Notes: generated by a model not told the origin, from the letters alone. A stretch of DNA of 63,164 nucleotides, filler included, from Octopus bimaculoides (GCF_001194135.2; 4 parts of 4 records of this genome joined end to end with filler, not necessarily neighbours in it); one strand, 5' to 3'; shown: positions 36,325-49,875, numbered from the whole stretch's first letter. Numbers and translations: made by a program.

Positions 36325-38863
36325 AGTTCACTTCAAACCATGTGAGTAATACTTGGTAGAAGTGGGGGGCTGTGTGGAAGTCCATCGGATAGGTGGTTGT
36401 ACCAGTAATTAAAGGGGCCAATTTGTTGCATACAATATCATGCTGATTCAGCCTGAGGAATATGTTGAGGGCACACATGTCTGTGGAATATTCAGCCACT
36501 TACTCTCTGATCCAGCGAACGGATAGTTCAACTGATTAAACAATTGGAGATGATGGAGAATCCATTTAAAGTATTTTGTATGTGTACATAAGCCTAAGAT
36601 ATATTTTAACCATACTCAAGACCCACTTTATCTAAATAGCTATCTTATTTCTCTCTCTTTGTCTTCCTCTGCATGCGCATGTATGAGTGTGTATACATAT
36701 AAGTATACGTATATATGTGTGTGTGTGTGTTGAAGGAGAGGGGGAGAGATTTGTATGAGTCATATGTTCATTGTTATTTTTGTAATATTTAAGATTTTAA
36801 ATATGGGTTTAGATATTTGTCTGTCAGGGCAGAAGTATTGGCAGGCAGATGCACAAAGAACTGTTGACATATTATTTTAGAAATATCATGCAAGAATATA
36901 ATTCACTATTTGTTTTCAGAAACTGTGAAAGAATTTGATCCCTGAGAATATCCTAGTGAAACAATGTCAGTGTGTTCACACCCAGTTATTGTCTTCTTTT
37001 TAAACTTAGATATTTATTTATATTTTCACTTATGTATGTTGTCAATTACTGGTCCAGTGTTCATGTATACCTCTCTCACACACTTGCATACACACAAAAA
37101 AAAAAATGAATAAATAAAACAACAGACACTTTGACCAATAGGATTATTGAAATTTAGAATGTGAGTGAGATTCTAGATTTTAAAATAGACTTGCTCTAGT
37201 TTAGCTCTTTATAAGTTAGTTGTCCATTGTCAGTGTTGTTTTTTTGGTATTTTTAAAATGAAATATAGCATTCCATCTGCCTATAATTTATGGTTGTGTG
37301 CCTCCTTCAGCATGTTGAGAGACAATTCTAGGAATTTTCAACATATTTATTCATTCATGGTTTGATTAAAAAAAAAAAAGAACNNNNNNNNNNAAAAAAA
37401 AGAAAAGAACTTTTTTTTGCTTGCTAAAAGAAAACTGCTTAAACTCTCCACTTTTTTTTCTTCTTTAATCCATATTTAAATGTTGCCTTTGGGTGTGAAG
37501 GTAGTAGTTATGCTGGTTAGTAGGTTAAAAGATAGACAGTTAAATAATACACATATAAATAGAAAATGGCATTTAAAAAAGGACCCATATTTTCGGGTAT
37601 TTATTAATAAAAACTGATGGATGTCTGTTGTTGTAGAGACAAATGTTTTGGGTATGTACCCTTGATCAGAGATGTAATGAGAAGTATGTTGCAAGGGTAT
37701 CTTATCTTAAAGCTTTTTAACACACTTTCCTTATGAAGAGCCCTGCTGTAGTTGAAACATTGGTCTCTTACCAAAGTAATTCACACTGACACTTACCATC
37801 ATTAGCCTACCAATTCTACCCATTATCGATTTAGCCAGTGTTGGGTGAATAGTGGCAATCAGAAGAATATGATAAAGTGTTGATATTATTTGACAGAGAA
37901 TTCATCAATTGTTACAGTTCTTTTGTGGTGTTCAAATGCTATCATGTGTATTAGTTGGCAGAAGTTTTGATTGACTAGTCTTATTGATTTGTCCTTGAGA
38001 GATTACATAAAGAGCCAGTCAACTGAGGTGCCACACTGAAACCCAGTAGCTTGTTAGACTCACTGCCATTTATTGACTTATGAGGATGGCATGTAAACTG
38101 GTGAGCAGAGCTAGGTAATTCTTGATGACAACTATTGATTTGATGATGTGTTGCAGCTAATTAGGATCAATAATTAATGATTGTCTACAGAGAGGGAATG
38201 TTAAATATTAGTTGATATTTTTTCTTTTTTTTTTTTGTTAGCTCTAAAGTTGGTCTGTTTTAACACCTTATCTGCATTGCTTTTCCATTTTACACTTACT
38301 ATCTAACATTTAAACTTGATTATATATTTCATATGTGGTTTTGGTGGTGGCCATTGTGGTCATAAGCTGGTGACCAGAAGGTCATAAGTTCAAACTTTTG
38401 CAGTAATCATATTGTGAAGCCACCCTTTTCACTTCAGTGCCACCCAATATAAGAAATTGTTATAAAAGTGTGTCACTGTTCAATTAATGCTATGGTCAAT
38501 TATATATATACCTTTCATCTAAACAGCGTTGATAGAATATCATACTGGTGTCGATTTAATTGATCTAACAACAACAACAAAACAAGACATAACAAAGCAA
38601 AACAAAAAAAAAGTCTTGTGGCCTCAACAAAAGAAATCATCGTTATTTACATCACCACTATTTCTAATTAATGAATTTCATTCCTTTACCACTATTTAGT
38701 TATTGTATGAATTCTGTGATCTATGTTAAACACGAATGCAAATGTTTCTTCGACCAGAAAAGGACAGTACTCTTGAAATGAACAATTGCCCCCCCTCCTC
38801 CTTGCTTTCTTTCTTTTTTTCTTTCTTTCTTTTTTTCTTTCTTTCTTTCTTTCTTTCTTTAAT

Positions 38864-38898
<35 letters not shown>

Positions 38899-41573
38899 CC
38901 ATCTCCATCTCATGTTGTTTGCATACGTCTAATGTCGACACCCATTATAATTTGCTGGCGTTTCTAAAGGTTACAGCAGCTCTTTTGTGTCAGTGCCAAC
39001 ACCGAACCTGTTTAATGCTGTAAAAACAAGCCGTCTGTGTCATTGCTTTACCATTGCATTGCAGTAGTTGCCATTGCCGGAGAAAGAAGCTGTGCATATT
39101 CCTGACATGGCCATAAAGACTTCATTTCAATCGCATATATGAAAAGGCAGTCGCTTGATTCACCAGCCATCTTTGTAATCCTGTTTGTATTTCTCGCATG
39201 GAGTTTTGTTTGCCGAACTGTTTATGGTGCAATTAATTAGTTGTAGGATATTGGTGGACAGGCTTGGAGCTTTTCAGTTCAAACAAAGTTTAGCGTTTGA
39301 ATGAAAAAGATATTTGTTTTTGAAGCTACTTAGAATTTAATAAAGCTGCTACTATTAGCTCAAACCAATAGACATCAATTAAGCAGTTTGCCTTGAATAA
39401 CCAAATCTCATTTTACACCATTAATTTCGTCTTTATATTTTCTCTTTTTTCTTTCTCTCACTCTCTCTCTCTCTGAAGAATCCAACTGTAATTTGAAACC
39501 TTTAAATTATCTATTATGTGGCAGAAGACTAATTTTAATGAATAATCTTTGTTCTTCTCCTTTCTAGTTGTGGTGGTGGTGCATAGTGGTGCTGCTGCTT
39601 GGTGTTGTATGCTTGTACTTTGCTTTGTTTTAATTTATTTTAAAATTGTGTGTGTGCGCTTGTAATTCATGTGTAAATATGTGTGCTTGTGTGCATATGT
39701 GTAATTTGTGTGTATAAGTATGTATGTATATATATATATATATTTGCATATGTATGTGGATATATATATATGTCTACATACACACACACGTGTGTGTGTA
39801 TAATTATGTATGTATATATATATTTGCATGTGTATGTAGATATATATATATGTATACATACACACGTGTGTGTGTTTATACACATGTTTATAAATAATGT
39901 TTGTGTATATGTATATACTTGTGTATTTATATATATATATATGTGTGTGGAGGGTATATAATATATATATACTCACAGGCATATGTGTATATGTATATTT
40001 ATATATGTATCTATACACACACACACAGAGTATCTCTCTAGAATAAACTATTCATTATCCTTATCAAGCTCTCTTTGAACCTGTTTAAAGTAATTTGTTT
40101 AAAGGCGTTGAACTCTGAAACAGAGATTAGTTAGTTCAGTCACAGTTTGTGGCTGGTGTTTCATTTCCCTTATCTCTCTCTGGCCATTTATGTAGTTAGG
40201 GGCTGAATACTGCTGGCTGGAAATAACACTCTAGTCATTTGTTTGCACATACACACACACACACATATATATATAATTTCTTCAGAAAAACATNNNNNNN
40301 NNNGTGAATGAATGACTGATTCAGTGAAAAATATATGTTATTTTATCTCTATTTATTTTGTTAAATCACTTACATGAAATTTCCAGGTTTTTTAATCTCT
40401 TTCTGCCTTGCCTCATGAAGAAAATTAATACTTTGCTTCAACACTGCTTTTGTTTTATTATTGCTATTATTGCTAGTAATCTTTATAGGACTTTTATGTA
40501 TCTGTTTGATATTTCTGCTACACACTGTTTTAAACGAACAATCAGCATAGTCTTTTCTTTCCTTCTTTCTCCCCGCTTCTTTCTTCCCCCCCCTTTTTTT
40601 GTTTTTATGTCCTAAGTATCCTACTTTTACTAATTCTATTATCTTGTCATTTTCTAAACTGTGGAATGCAAAGTAAAAGTAGTTTGCTAGTCAGTCATTC
40701 ATTCATTGCCTGGCACCATGGGGGGAGAATTTAACTTAACTAAACTGAATTAAATTAAATATATGTTAACATATTTAAATCTGTTTAAATCTGAGTATAA
40801 ACATGTTTGCAAATAATTCAATTTAATTTAATGGTATATATGCACTGGTGGGTGGGGGTGCCTTCTGAAATACTTATGGGAATGAAGTTTCTTTTTGTCA
40901 ACTTTGTGCTCTAAGCAGAATACTGCTAATAGATGTGGGCTCTAAAAGTACAAATGGACATAAACTTCAGCTCAGTTTGTAATGACTAATGAAAACTCCA
41001 ACTAGGGTTAAACAGTTATAATCCTTGTTGTTCAAAATATTGTCTCTCATTATTTTAAGATGTGATTAAAATAACTCTTTTGAAATTGAGATTAAGACTA
41101 TGTTTAAATATGTCTACCAACACCAAATGCATTTTTAAGAGCTTATACAATACGTAGATAATGTCTTCTGCTCTTTCTGAACTTGGCAAAAGTTCCAACC
41201 ATCTTTAAGTAAGTTTACATAAAATAGAAGCTCTTAGATGACAGACTATTTCAAGATTGTAAAAAAAAAAAAGTTTGAAAGAAAGAATATTTGTTAATAT
41301 GTTCAGATAAATATAAAATTGAATGTTTCATTAATAAGTGATGTCTCTTGTTCGAAAGGACTGGAAGGCATAGCTAAATGATGAAAACACAGTGAATGGT
41401 GTTTACCTGAGAAATTTTTTTTTCTTTTCTTCTGATGTTGATTTATTAAGCCATTTTTCAATGGTATACCGTCTTTTTAAACGGAGCATGCAATTCATAA
41501 GGTTGCAAATGGGGGTAAAAGGACTCTGGAAACCAACTGAATAATTAATTGGTCAACTAGTTGACTAATGGTA

Positions 41574-41800
41574 ATGGTTTCAAATTTTGACAAATGTCCA
41601 TCAGTTTTTGAGGGAGCGGGTAAGTTGATTGCATTGATTTCAGTACTTGACTGGTATTTATTTTATTGACCCCCCCCCCCCCCTCACAAGGATGAAAGGC
41701 AGAGCCAACCTCATCAGAACTTGAACTCAGAATCTAAAAAAAACAGACAAATGTCACGAAACATTCTGTCCAGCATGCTAACAATTCTGCCAGCTAGCCA
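41574..41800 (-). mobile_element. SINE family B, diverged
   Basis: Minus strand GCTGGCAGAATTGTTAGCATGCTGGAC...GAGTTCAAG...TACCAGTCAAGTACTG. Confidence 0.8.
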
Positions 41801-42236
41801 TCTTTAGGTAACTAATAATAATAAAAATAAAGTGAAATAGAACCAGTTGGTAAAATGACCTTCCCAAGATACAACAACAACTTTATGAAGAATATTGTTA
41901 AAAATTTTGTTGATTATAATAATGATGAACCACATCGTATGTAATGCAGCTATAATGAATGAACTTTTATAATGTATTGGTGATTATAATGAGCAAAGAT
42001 ATGCATTATAGAAACTCATATATGTATTATATATAATGCATATTAGAAGATATATTAAATATATATATAAAAACATACATATAGAAAATGTAATGTTGTA
42101 TGAGTTTTATATTAATTTTGATTAAAAATGGTTTGCATTTTTCAAATTCCCTGGTATCAAAATGCCAGCAGTTTTCCAATTGTATATGACTCTGTGTGTG
42201 TGTGTGTTGTGCTGTGTCTCTATAATATATGCATAT

Positions 42237-42298
<62 letters not shown>

Positions 42299-44249
42299 GT
42301 TAATTTTTCTGGTTGTTGATCTCTTGATAAATATTCTTTGTTGTGTTTCATTTTGCCGAATGTTGAAGGCTGTTTGTAATGTATTCAGTGTATAATGTAG
42401 TGAAATATGTTTCTTCCTACATACCTCTAGTTATGTATATTTTCTTTCCAGCTAGACCGACTTCAAAATTGTTTCCCATAGCTGTGTCTATATATTTGAT
42501 AAATATTTAAATTTCATTATTGATTTATCATTCTTAGATAAGTTTTTTTTTCTTCTTTTTTTCTTTTCTTTTTTTTTTTATTGTTTTTGAGATGATTTCA
42601 TTATGTTCTCTTTCTCTCTACTATTTTGTATTGGTTTCAGCTGAAGCGAAGTAAAGAATGTATTATTTCATTATCTGAAATCTTAACTAGAACAAGTTTG
42701 TATATCACTTTTAATATTTCCTTGTGATGTCAATATTTTAAAAGGAGGACACTTTTCCTTGTTATTTAATCATGATTAAAACTTAAGGCTCTTGAGATTT
42801 TTCAACTGGAATCTATTTCTTTCAACAACCTCTTCCCCTTGATTTTTATTATGTTATGCATTTCGATTATTCTTCTCTGTGTCTTTATCAAATTATTGAT
42901 CAATCAGTTTGTTGCCTGATTACGTTAGGGAGAATTTGATTCTAGTTGTTCTAAAGTGTCAGCTTGATATCACTAGAAATGGAGTTAATTTCATTAATAT
43001 AGAAGTTCAGAAAACTTTCTGTTGAATTTTTAATCTTGAATTATCGTAATTAAATTTTGCTTTTATTATTCAAAGGATTTAGCACATATTACGAAGAAAT
43101 AAGGTGGGGTGACAACACAGGTTAGAGTATAATTCCGCAACGTGTAAATGGAAGTCTTATTTCATCTATATTAATGTATTGTTTTGATATTTTCTTCGAT
43201 GAAACAAAACATTCATCAGATTTTTAGTATTTGTGTGTTGTAGGAATGGTTGTAGTTAGTTTTACTTCCTGTTCAGTGTTATGCTTCTGTTAATTTACTT
43301 ATTAAATAGATTATTTCATATTCTGACTATTTTAAAATTAATTTTAAATTCTGTCGCTAAATTAATCAAGAGTCGAACTTTTCCAATGTTTACTTTTGTT
43401 GTTGTTTTTTTTTGTTTCTGCTTCTGCTTTAATGAGTAAATTCATTTAATATCTTTTCATTCTTGCCAGAATAATAACAATAATAATAATAATAATAAAA
43501 ATAATAATAATAATAACAATAACATGTAGACACCTATTACTTAAACATTATCCACTGATGTCTGTAATTTTTGAAACGAGTCCAATATGTCTTCCGGGAA
43601 TATAGCTACAATTGTTTGCAAGTCTTTTAAATCTTTAAGCTCTTTTCTTTTTGATTTATTTCATTAGAAAGCTACATTTTTTTTTACTTTGTTTTGTTTT
43701 TGTTTTTGTGCCTTGTTTGTTCACTATCTTTTAAAACAAAACAAACCAGAAAGCTTTTCTGAAAGATTTTTGAATTTTGAAATAAATGCGGTTGATTCCA
43801 GTTATATAGAATGGTCATGTGTGTTGTTCCAGTGTTTCAACTGTACTACTATAAAATTAATGAAATTAATCTTGCTTCTTCCCTGTACTGGGATTTACCT
43901 GAAGACTGTTGTTATAAAATGCAACACTGAATTATTTTATATAATAAAGATTATAATTTAGTTATATATACAGTTTTAAAGATTTGTCTTCAAAGAGAAA
44001 CTTAAAGCTGGCCCCAATGTGATCTGCTTAACCATTTTATAAACATATTTCTAATAATATGTGAATGTTCAATAAATTTCATTGAAGAGATTGCAAATGG
44101 TGCCAAAAGGACCTTGGCAAACATGACTGATTGATTAACCTAACACTCAATCAAACAATTGTTTAATTAATTGGTTAAATAGTTAGCCAACTGATGCATA
44201 ATAAAGATGTGAAATAGAACCAGTGCATGTGTTTATTATTGGCATAATG

Positions 44250-45340
44250 ATCCTCCCAAAAATACAACACTAGCTTCTTTCGTAGACGGTTGCAATATTT
44301 ATATACTTTATATGAGACACCTTCACCTCCTGAGACATTCTTTGTTCTATCTTTTCTCACAAAATCATTTACTTTTTTCTCCCTGATGTCCCCAATTTGA
44401 AATTCAATATCAGGTTCTAAGAGATGCTTTAGCCCATTTATAAGTGGCAATGGCTGATTACGGTTTGGTTCGCTGTAGGTTTCTTTGATATGACCATCCA
44501 ATTCTTTTGTGCATGATATAAACTGTCACTCTTCAGTTTAGTGAACAGCTTCTTAGTAATCCCACATGGATTCTTCAGAAACTGTTTACGAGTCCTTTTG
44601 CTTTCCTTTCTCCACTCATATTGGTTGATATGCTGTTGCACATAATGGCATTTCCTTTTTAAATCTTTGTACAGCTGCGTGAGGCCAGGTTTTTCGTCTT
44701 CCTTAGCACATTTCCATTGCTTTCTTAGGCTGTTCTTTTCCCTCCTGAACTGTTTCATTTTACCGATCCTCTTGCTTGGTTCACACTTTCCTTTCACTAA
44801 TTGGATACCATCTTTCACTCCAAATAATTCCTTTCCTGTATAATATACTGAGCTTGTCAACTTTCCCAGTTTCTCCACTGTAGATCTTGCCATTTTATAA
44901 AGAGCTTCACATGCTTTGTTCTCAAACTCTTTATGTCTTCCTTTCTCATTAGCAGCAGGTCACAGAACCCTCCATTTTTAATGAGCACTATCTGATGCAC
45001 CAGTCTCCTAACCTGCAGTTTCCTGTCAGGAAGAGGTCTTTGCTGTAGCATTTATCGATCCACTGTGCTTTGAGTCCGGGGATGATTTGCCATGTGTTTC
45101 ACAATCAGATGATCCACACTGCTCTGTCCTCTTCTCACAAGTCTTTCCCTGATGAATCTTCAAGCCTCTTACAGTTGCAAAGGTTCTACAGCACAGCTTG
45201 CATCCAAAGTTGTTTGCACTTCGTTCGCTGTTCGAATGAATAGCCGTATTCATGTCCAAGGTCATTTCTGTGTTACCTGGGTTTGATTGATTCTCAGCTC
45301 CCCACTCTCAGTCAATCATGGGACTGACGTTCTCATTGGT
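44250..45340 (-). mobile_element. HERO-like (R2-superfamily, RLE) non-LTR retrotransposon, 5' portion, frameshifted
   Basis: N-terminal Zn finger CKLCCRTFATVRGLKIHQGKTC, then EKLGKLTSSVYYTGKELFG...LRKQWKCAKEDEKPGL...RKQFLKNP, then KETYSEPNR...GVSYKVYKYCNRLRKKL (start of RT). The clade assignment is from recalled motifs. Confidence 0.75.
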
Positions 45341-46231
45341 AATTGTTACATGTTACAGAGGCGAGGATTGTGAGTCCACATTCTCTGCCAGTCTTTCTTG
45401 GTGTTGATTGTCTTTCCTATTGTCAGCATATTATATTAATCTCTAATTTCAGCAGAGCAGATTCAGGAAAAATTTTTTGTAGTGCATTAAAGCATGTAAT
45501 ATTTAAAGCAACTATGCATAGAGGACCTGGCGGGGTGGTGGTGGTGGAATGCATCTCATATGCTATCTAATATGGTTCTTTGAGCATAACTTGACAAAGG
45601 TTTTCATGTGCAATTATAATTTAACATTTAAATTTTTGTATAAACACTTTACAACTGATAATTTTGTATCATTAAACAAGAGACAATCTCATGCAGGTTG
45701 GTATCAGAAACATTAATATGGAAATGGCTGAGATTTTAAAATACCAATTTTTTATTTAAAAAAAAAATTTTTTTTTTAGTACAGTAACCATGCTGAAAAT
45801 TTGGCTAAGCTACTTTTAAGTTCCATCAAGAGTTAGAGGTATATAAATGTTAAAAAGGAATAAAGTTAGCTGATTCTGTAACTTTTCAGTAAATTAGCTC
45901 TCCAACTCTGTGTATGTGTGGTGTGTTTGCTTGTCTTTGAAAGCATAGAGCTTTGTGGAAATTTGTTACGAGAGAATGTCAACATAATGACACCAAATTT
46001 ACTTGTGTGATTCCATGCAAGATGCAGAATGTAAATATTCTCTCTCTCTCTCGCACATACACACATGCACAAATACATATGTATACAACAAGTTTCTGTA
46101 CAGTTTCCATCTACCAATTCCTCTAATTTTTTTTTTACCTGGTGCTGCAATAGATGTGTGTGTGTGTGTGTGTGTGTGTGCGCGTGCGCCATGCCATACA
46201 TACATACAAACAAACAAGAAAGAAAGAAAGA

Positions 46232-46336
46232 CTTCTTTCAGTTTCTGTCTACCACATTCGCCCAAGATGCCTGAAGAGGGACTGAACTCGAAAGACAAGA
46301 TTGGGAAGCAAACATCTTAACCACCCAGCCATGCCT
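46232..46336 (-). mobile_element. SINE family A, short deleted 5' portion
   Basis: Reverse complement of GGCATGGCTGGGTGGTTAAGATGTTTGCTTCCC...GAGTTCAGTCCC...GACAGAAACTGAAAGAAG. Confidence 0.75.
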
Positions 46337-47267
46337 ACACACACACACACACACATGTATACCTCTTAAATTATTGATTCCTATTGGTGGTGGTGGTGGT
46401 GGTGGTTGGGGGGGGTGATCTGAACAGTTTAAAAACTTCTCACTTATCTTTTTATACAAGATTTCACGCTAAAGAAGTAGTTATTAATGAGGAGAGCGGG
46501 GAGAATAAATAAAAACGAAATAAACAAAATAAATAAAATCATAAACAGGATCCAGTAGGGTTGGGTGGCTGTTAGGGTCCATAAGGAGAGAAAAACATAT
46601 TAGAAAAATATCTTAATAATGCAGTGTGTCACCTTTAGGTCTGGCAGGAATATTTTTCTGTTGCTTTTGAATTTTATATAATTATTATTATTAGCAATGC
46701 AACTGTTAGTGTGTGTGTGCATGCATGTGTGTATGTGTGTGTGTTTTATACCTTTTGACATTATCTTCCTCTTATGTTGTCACTTGTTGATGTACAGTTC
46801 AAGGAGAATGCTTCAAATTCCTTCTCTATAATTTCTTGACCTTTTTTGTCTTTCTATTTTTTGTTAGGAGGTTATTTTTTTCTTCTTCTTCCTTCCACCC
46901 CCAATCCCTCTAGTCATTTCTCTCTAGAATTTATTAATTTTTTTTTTTTTCTTATTTGCTTTGCTTTTGAGAGTTTTTGTACTTGATGTTGACGACGATG
47001 ATGATGATGATGATGATTATTATGATGTTGCAACATCCCCCCCTCCCCACTCTTCACCTCAACAACTTGACCAATCATATTATCCATTTTTATGGACTTG
47101 TTCACCAGCTGATATTTATGACTAAAGATGTCAACAGGAAAATGGTGTCAACTTCTGACCACTCTTCTCATACAACTTGCCCTGCTTGTTGACTTTTCTT
47201 TGATCTTTTCTGCTTTTTCATTTTTGTCTTATCTATGTATTTGTTCTTTGTGCATTTGTGTTTTGCT

Positions 47268-47304
<37 letters not shown>

Positions 47305-47502
47305 AGAGAATGAGAGAGGGAGAGAGAAGTCAGCTTTCTTTCCACCTGAACATAATTATGTCTGTGTTGAAATAAATGTTTATCAACATACAACAAATTT
47401 TTTTCACAGAACTGTGTAAATAGTATATAAATTGTTAAAATACTAGTTGCATGGGTCTTTTGCCAAAGTACTATTTGATTCAATTTGTTTTAGGTCTGTT
47501 TA

Positions 47503-47581
<79 letters not shown>

Positions 47582-48759
47582 TATACAATATACAATACAT
47601 ATGTTCATCTATTTTATGTTCTTTTTTCTATGCTAGCATATGTTGGCTAGGTACTTATTTGAGGCAGTTTTTTTTATAGCCGAAAGCTCTGGAAGTCACA
47701 CCTCTTTCCGGTTTTACATGAAAGGGAGTTTTTTATTTCTCAATACTGTAGTGCAAAGCTATGCAATGTAATGTTAGGTGGGAATGTAAATGTAACAACA
47801 CATATTTTCACTTAGATGATCTCGTGTAAGAAGTGGTAATGGAAGTTCTCACACCGGCATGTGTACACTCAAACATATCCAACAGGATTCTATGCAGTTT
47901 CCACCTACCAGTTTTATGCACAAGATCTTGGTTGGCCTAAAGCAATAGTTGAAAAACCAGTGTCAAAACAGACACAGAAGTCTGGTGTAGTCTACTGCCT
48001 GGCAAGCTCTTGTCAAACCGTCCAACCCATGCCAGCATGGAAAGTGGACATTGAATAATGATAATGATTTGCCCCCAAAGTAATGCATCATGGGATTGAA
48101 TGTAAGACCACATGGTTGTGAAGTAAATTTCTTAACTACACAGTCTTGCTTCTTGTTATGTTTGTCATTTAATTTATTTGACTTCAGTTCCATGTTACTA
48201 ACGAGACAGGTGGAGGTTTTCTAAATTGAACGAAACTAAACTATTTGATTTTTGATTTGAAATACTCTGGGTTTTTAAACTAATCAGTGAATGATGAAGC
48301 TGTTCAGTTAATAATTAATAAATACTTTAATTAAAAAATAAAGGTTGGAATCGATGGGATGAGAAGTTCAAGCCCAGGTGTTTGCAATTCATCTTGATAC
48401 TAGGCTCTCTCTGGAAAATAATCAGGAAAATAATGGGGATTCCTCTAAACCAAATTACTTTGAAAACTTATGATATTAAGATACCCAAAGATTATCTATA
48501 TTTGTTGTATTGTTATATTGTCCGTTATATTTTGAATGTAAGTATGGCTCTTGTTTTTAAAAATGCTAAAACATTTGTTGAGTGAGATTTTTGTTGTTGC
48601 ATCATCAGTTGTAGAGTTCTTCACTGACTTTGCTACCAAAGTGGACAGAGAAATTTTATTTGATATAATGTTTTTGTATAAAATAGTTCCGCCGTATGTA
48701 AACAAACAAGTTTGTTTTTTGAAGCACTGAAATGTATGGTAGAACAAGTAGAAAGATAA

Positions 48760-48889
48760 ATTTTATTCAACGCATAGATACTGAACAGTATAGATATAAA
48801 GGATAAAATCCTTTTTTCTTTTTAAAAGCAGAAAAAAGGATTTTATCCTTTATATCTATACTGTTCAGTATCTATGCATTGAATAAAAT
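48760..48889. repeat. 130-bp near-perfect palindrome (60-bp arms, 10-nt loop)
   Basis: 48760-48819 is the reverse complement of 48830-48889 at 59/60 positions (mismatch 48771 C / 48878 A). The loop is TTTTAAAAGC. Confidence 0.95.
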
Positions 48890-49624
48890 AGTTTGTTTCG
48901 TGTCTTTCTTATCTCTCTAAAAAGGGGGGCAGCTCACAACTTAACAATGGTCACCCTCTTTTTGTCACTTGTCCCTATCAAAGACAACATAGTGACCAGT
49001 GGTAAAAAAAAACTTCACTATATCTAACATTGCATCTGTGTAGATCCTCAGTAATGTGGGAATAGTATTCCAACTTTTAATCATGGCAAATGTTCTGAAA
49101 CCACTGTATTTTCATTCTATATGTATCCTTCCTACTCTGAGGACATATGACATTTCAAAAAACAAAAACATTAGTGAATATTTGTAGAAAAATTTGATAA
49201 ATCTTGGTGGTAGTAAGTAGGATAAAAATGAGGACTCATATACACAACTCTTTAAGCCTGTAACATCAGTTTACCAGTGGATGGCTTATTTTTCTCTATA
49301 CCGTAGCACCGCTGGAATGCCAAGTATATGGTAAAATAAGGTTCAGGAGGACAGGGTTCAAAGGTTAAAGTGGACATAGGCAAACTGAGCAGAAATAGGC
49401 ATGTGGGGGGATTTCAAAAGAATCACATACATGAGGAAAGCGATAACATATAGCTAACACTTGAAACTGACTTCAGATGAAGAGGAACAAGCACAGAGGA
49501 AGCATAAGGAAATGGTCACTGGAAGTATTACAGCCTTGTTCTTCTGTGATCATTTTCAGTATCTCTGTAGTTTTCACCTGCAGACATTATCTTTGTGTAT
49601 TAGTGCAGTTATATAGGTCTGTCA

Positions 49625-49875
49625 TGAACGTTAGGGCTCATAAAGCCAGACCGTACCCTGGTTCCAATGGGATGTAAGTGACTGAGATAGCAACACTCCC
49701 CAATGAATAGAGTACCAGTCCATTGCAGGGTTAACTTTCCAGCTAAATTTGAACTCATCTAAAGCTGAGTGAACTGGAGCAACGTGAAGTGAAGTGCTTT
49801 GCTCAAAACGCAATGCACTGTCCAGGTATTGAAACCATGATCTTATGATTGTGAGTAATCTGCAGGCCATGTACT
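49625..49875 (-). mobile_element. tRNA-derived SINE with a conserved central domain (Deu/Nin-like)
   Basis: Minus strand ...GGTTTCAATACC...TTTTGAGCAAAGCACTTCACTTCACGTTGCTCCAGTTCACTCAGCT...CCCTGCAATGGACTGG... The domain name is from recall only. Confidence 0.65.

Noticed and set aside
46271-46296. CTGAAGA-GGG..CTC-GAAAG hammerhead-like string
   Set aside because: There is no NUH triplet or helix I/III. It arises from a deleted SINE-A head.
47650-47695. GGC...GCC-GAAAG-CTC hammerhead-like 3' half
   Set aside because: There is no CUGAnGA core upstream and no helix I.
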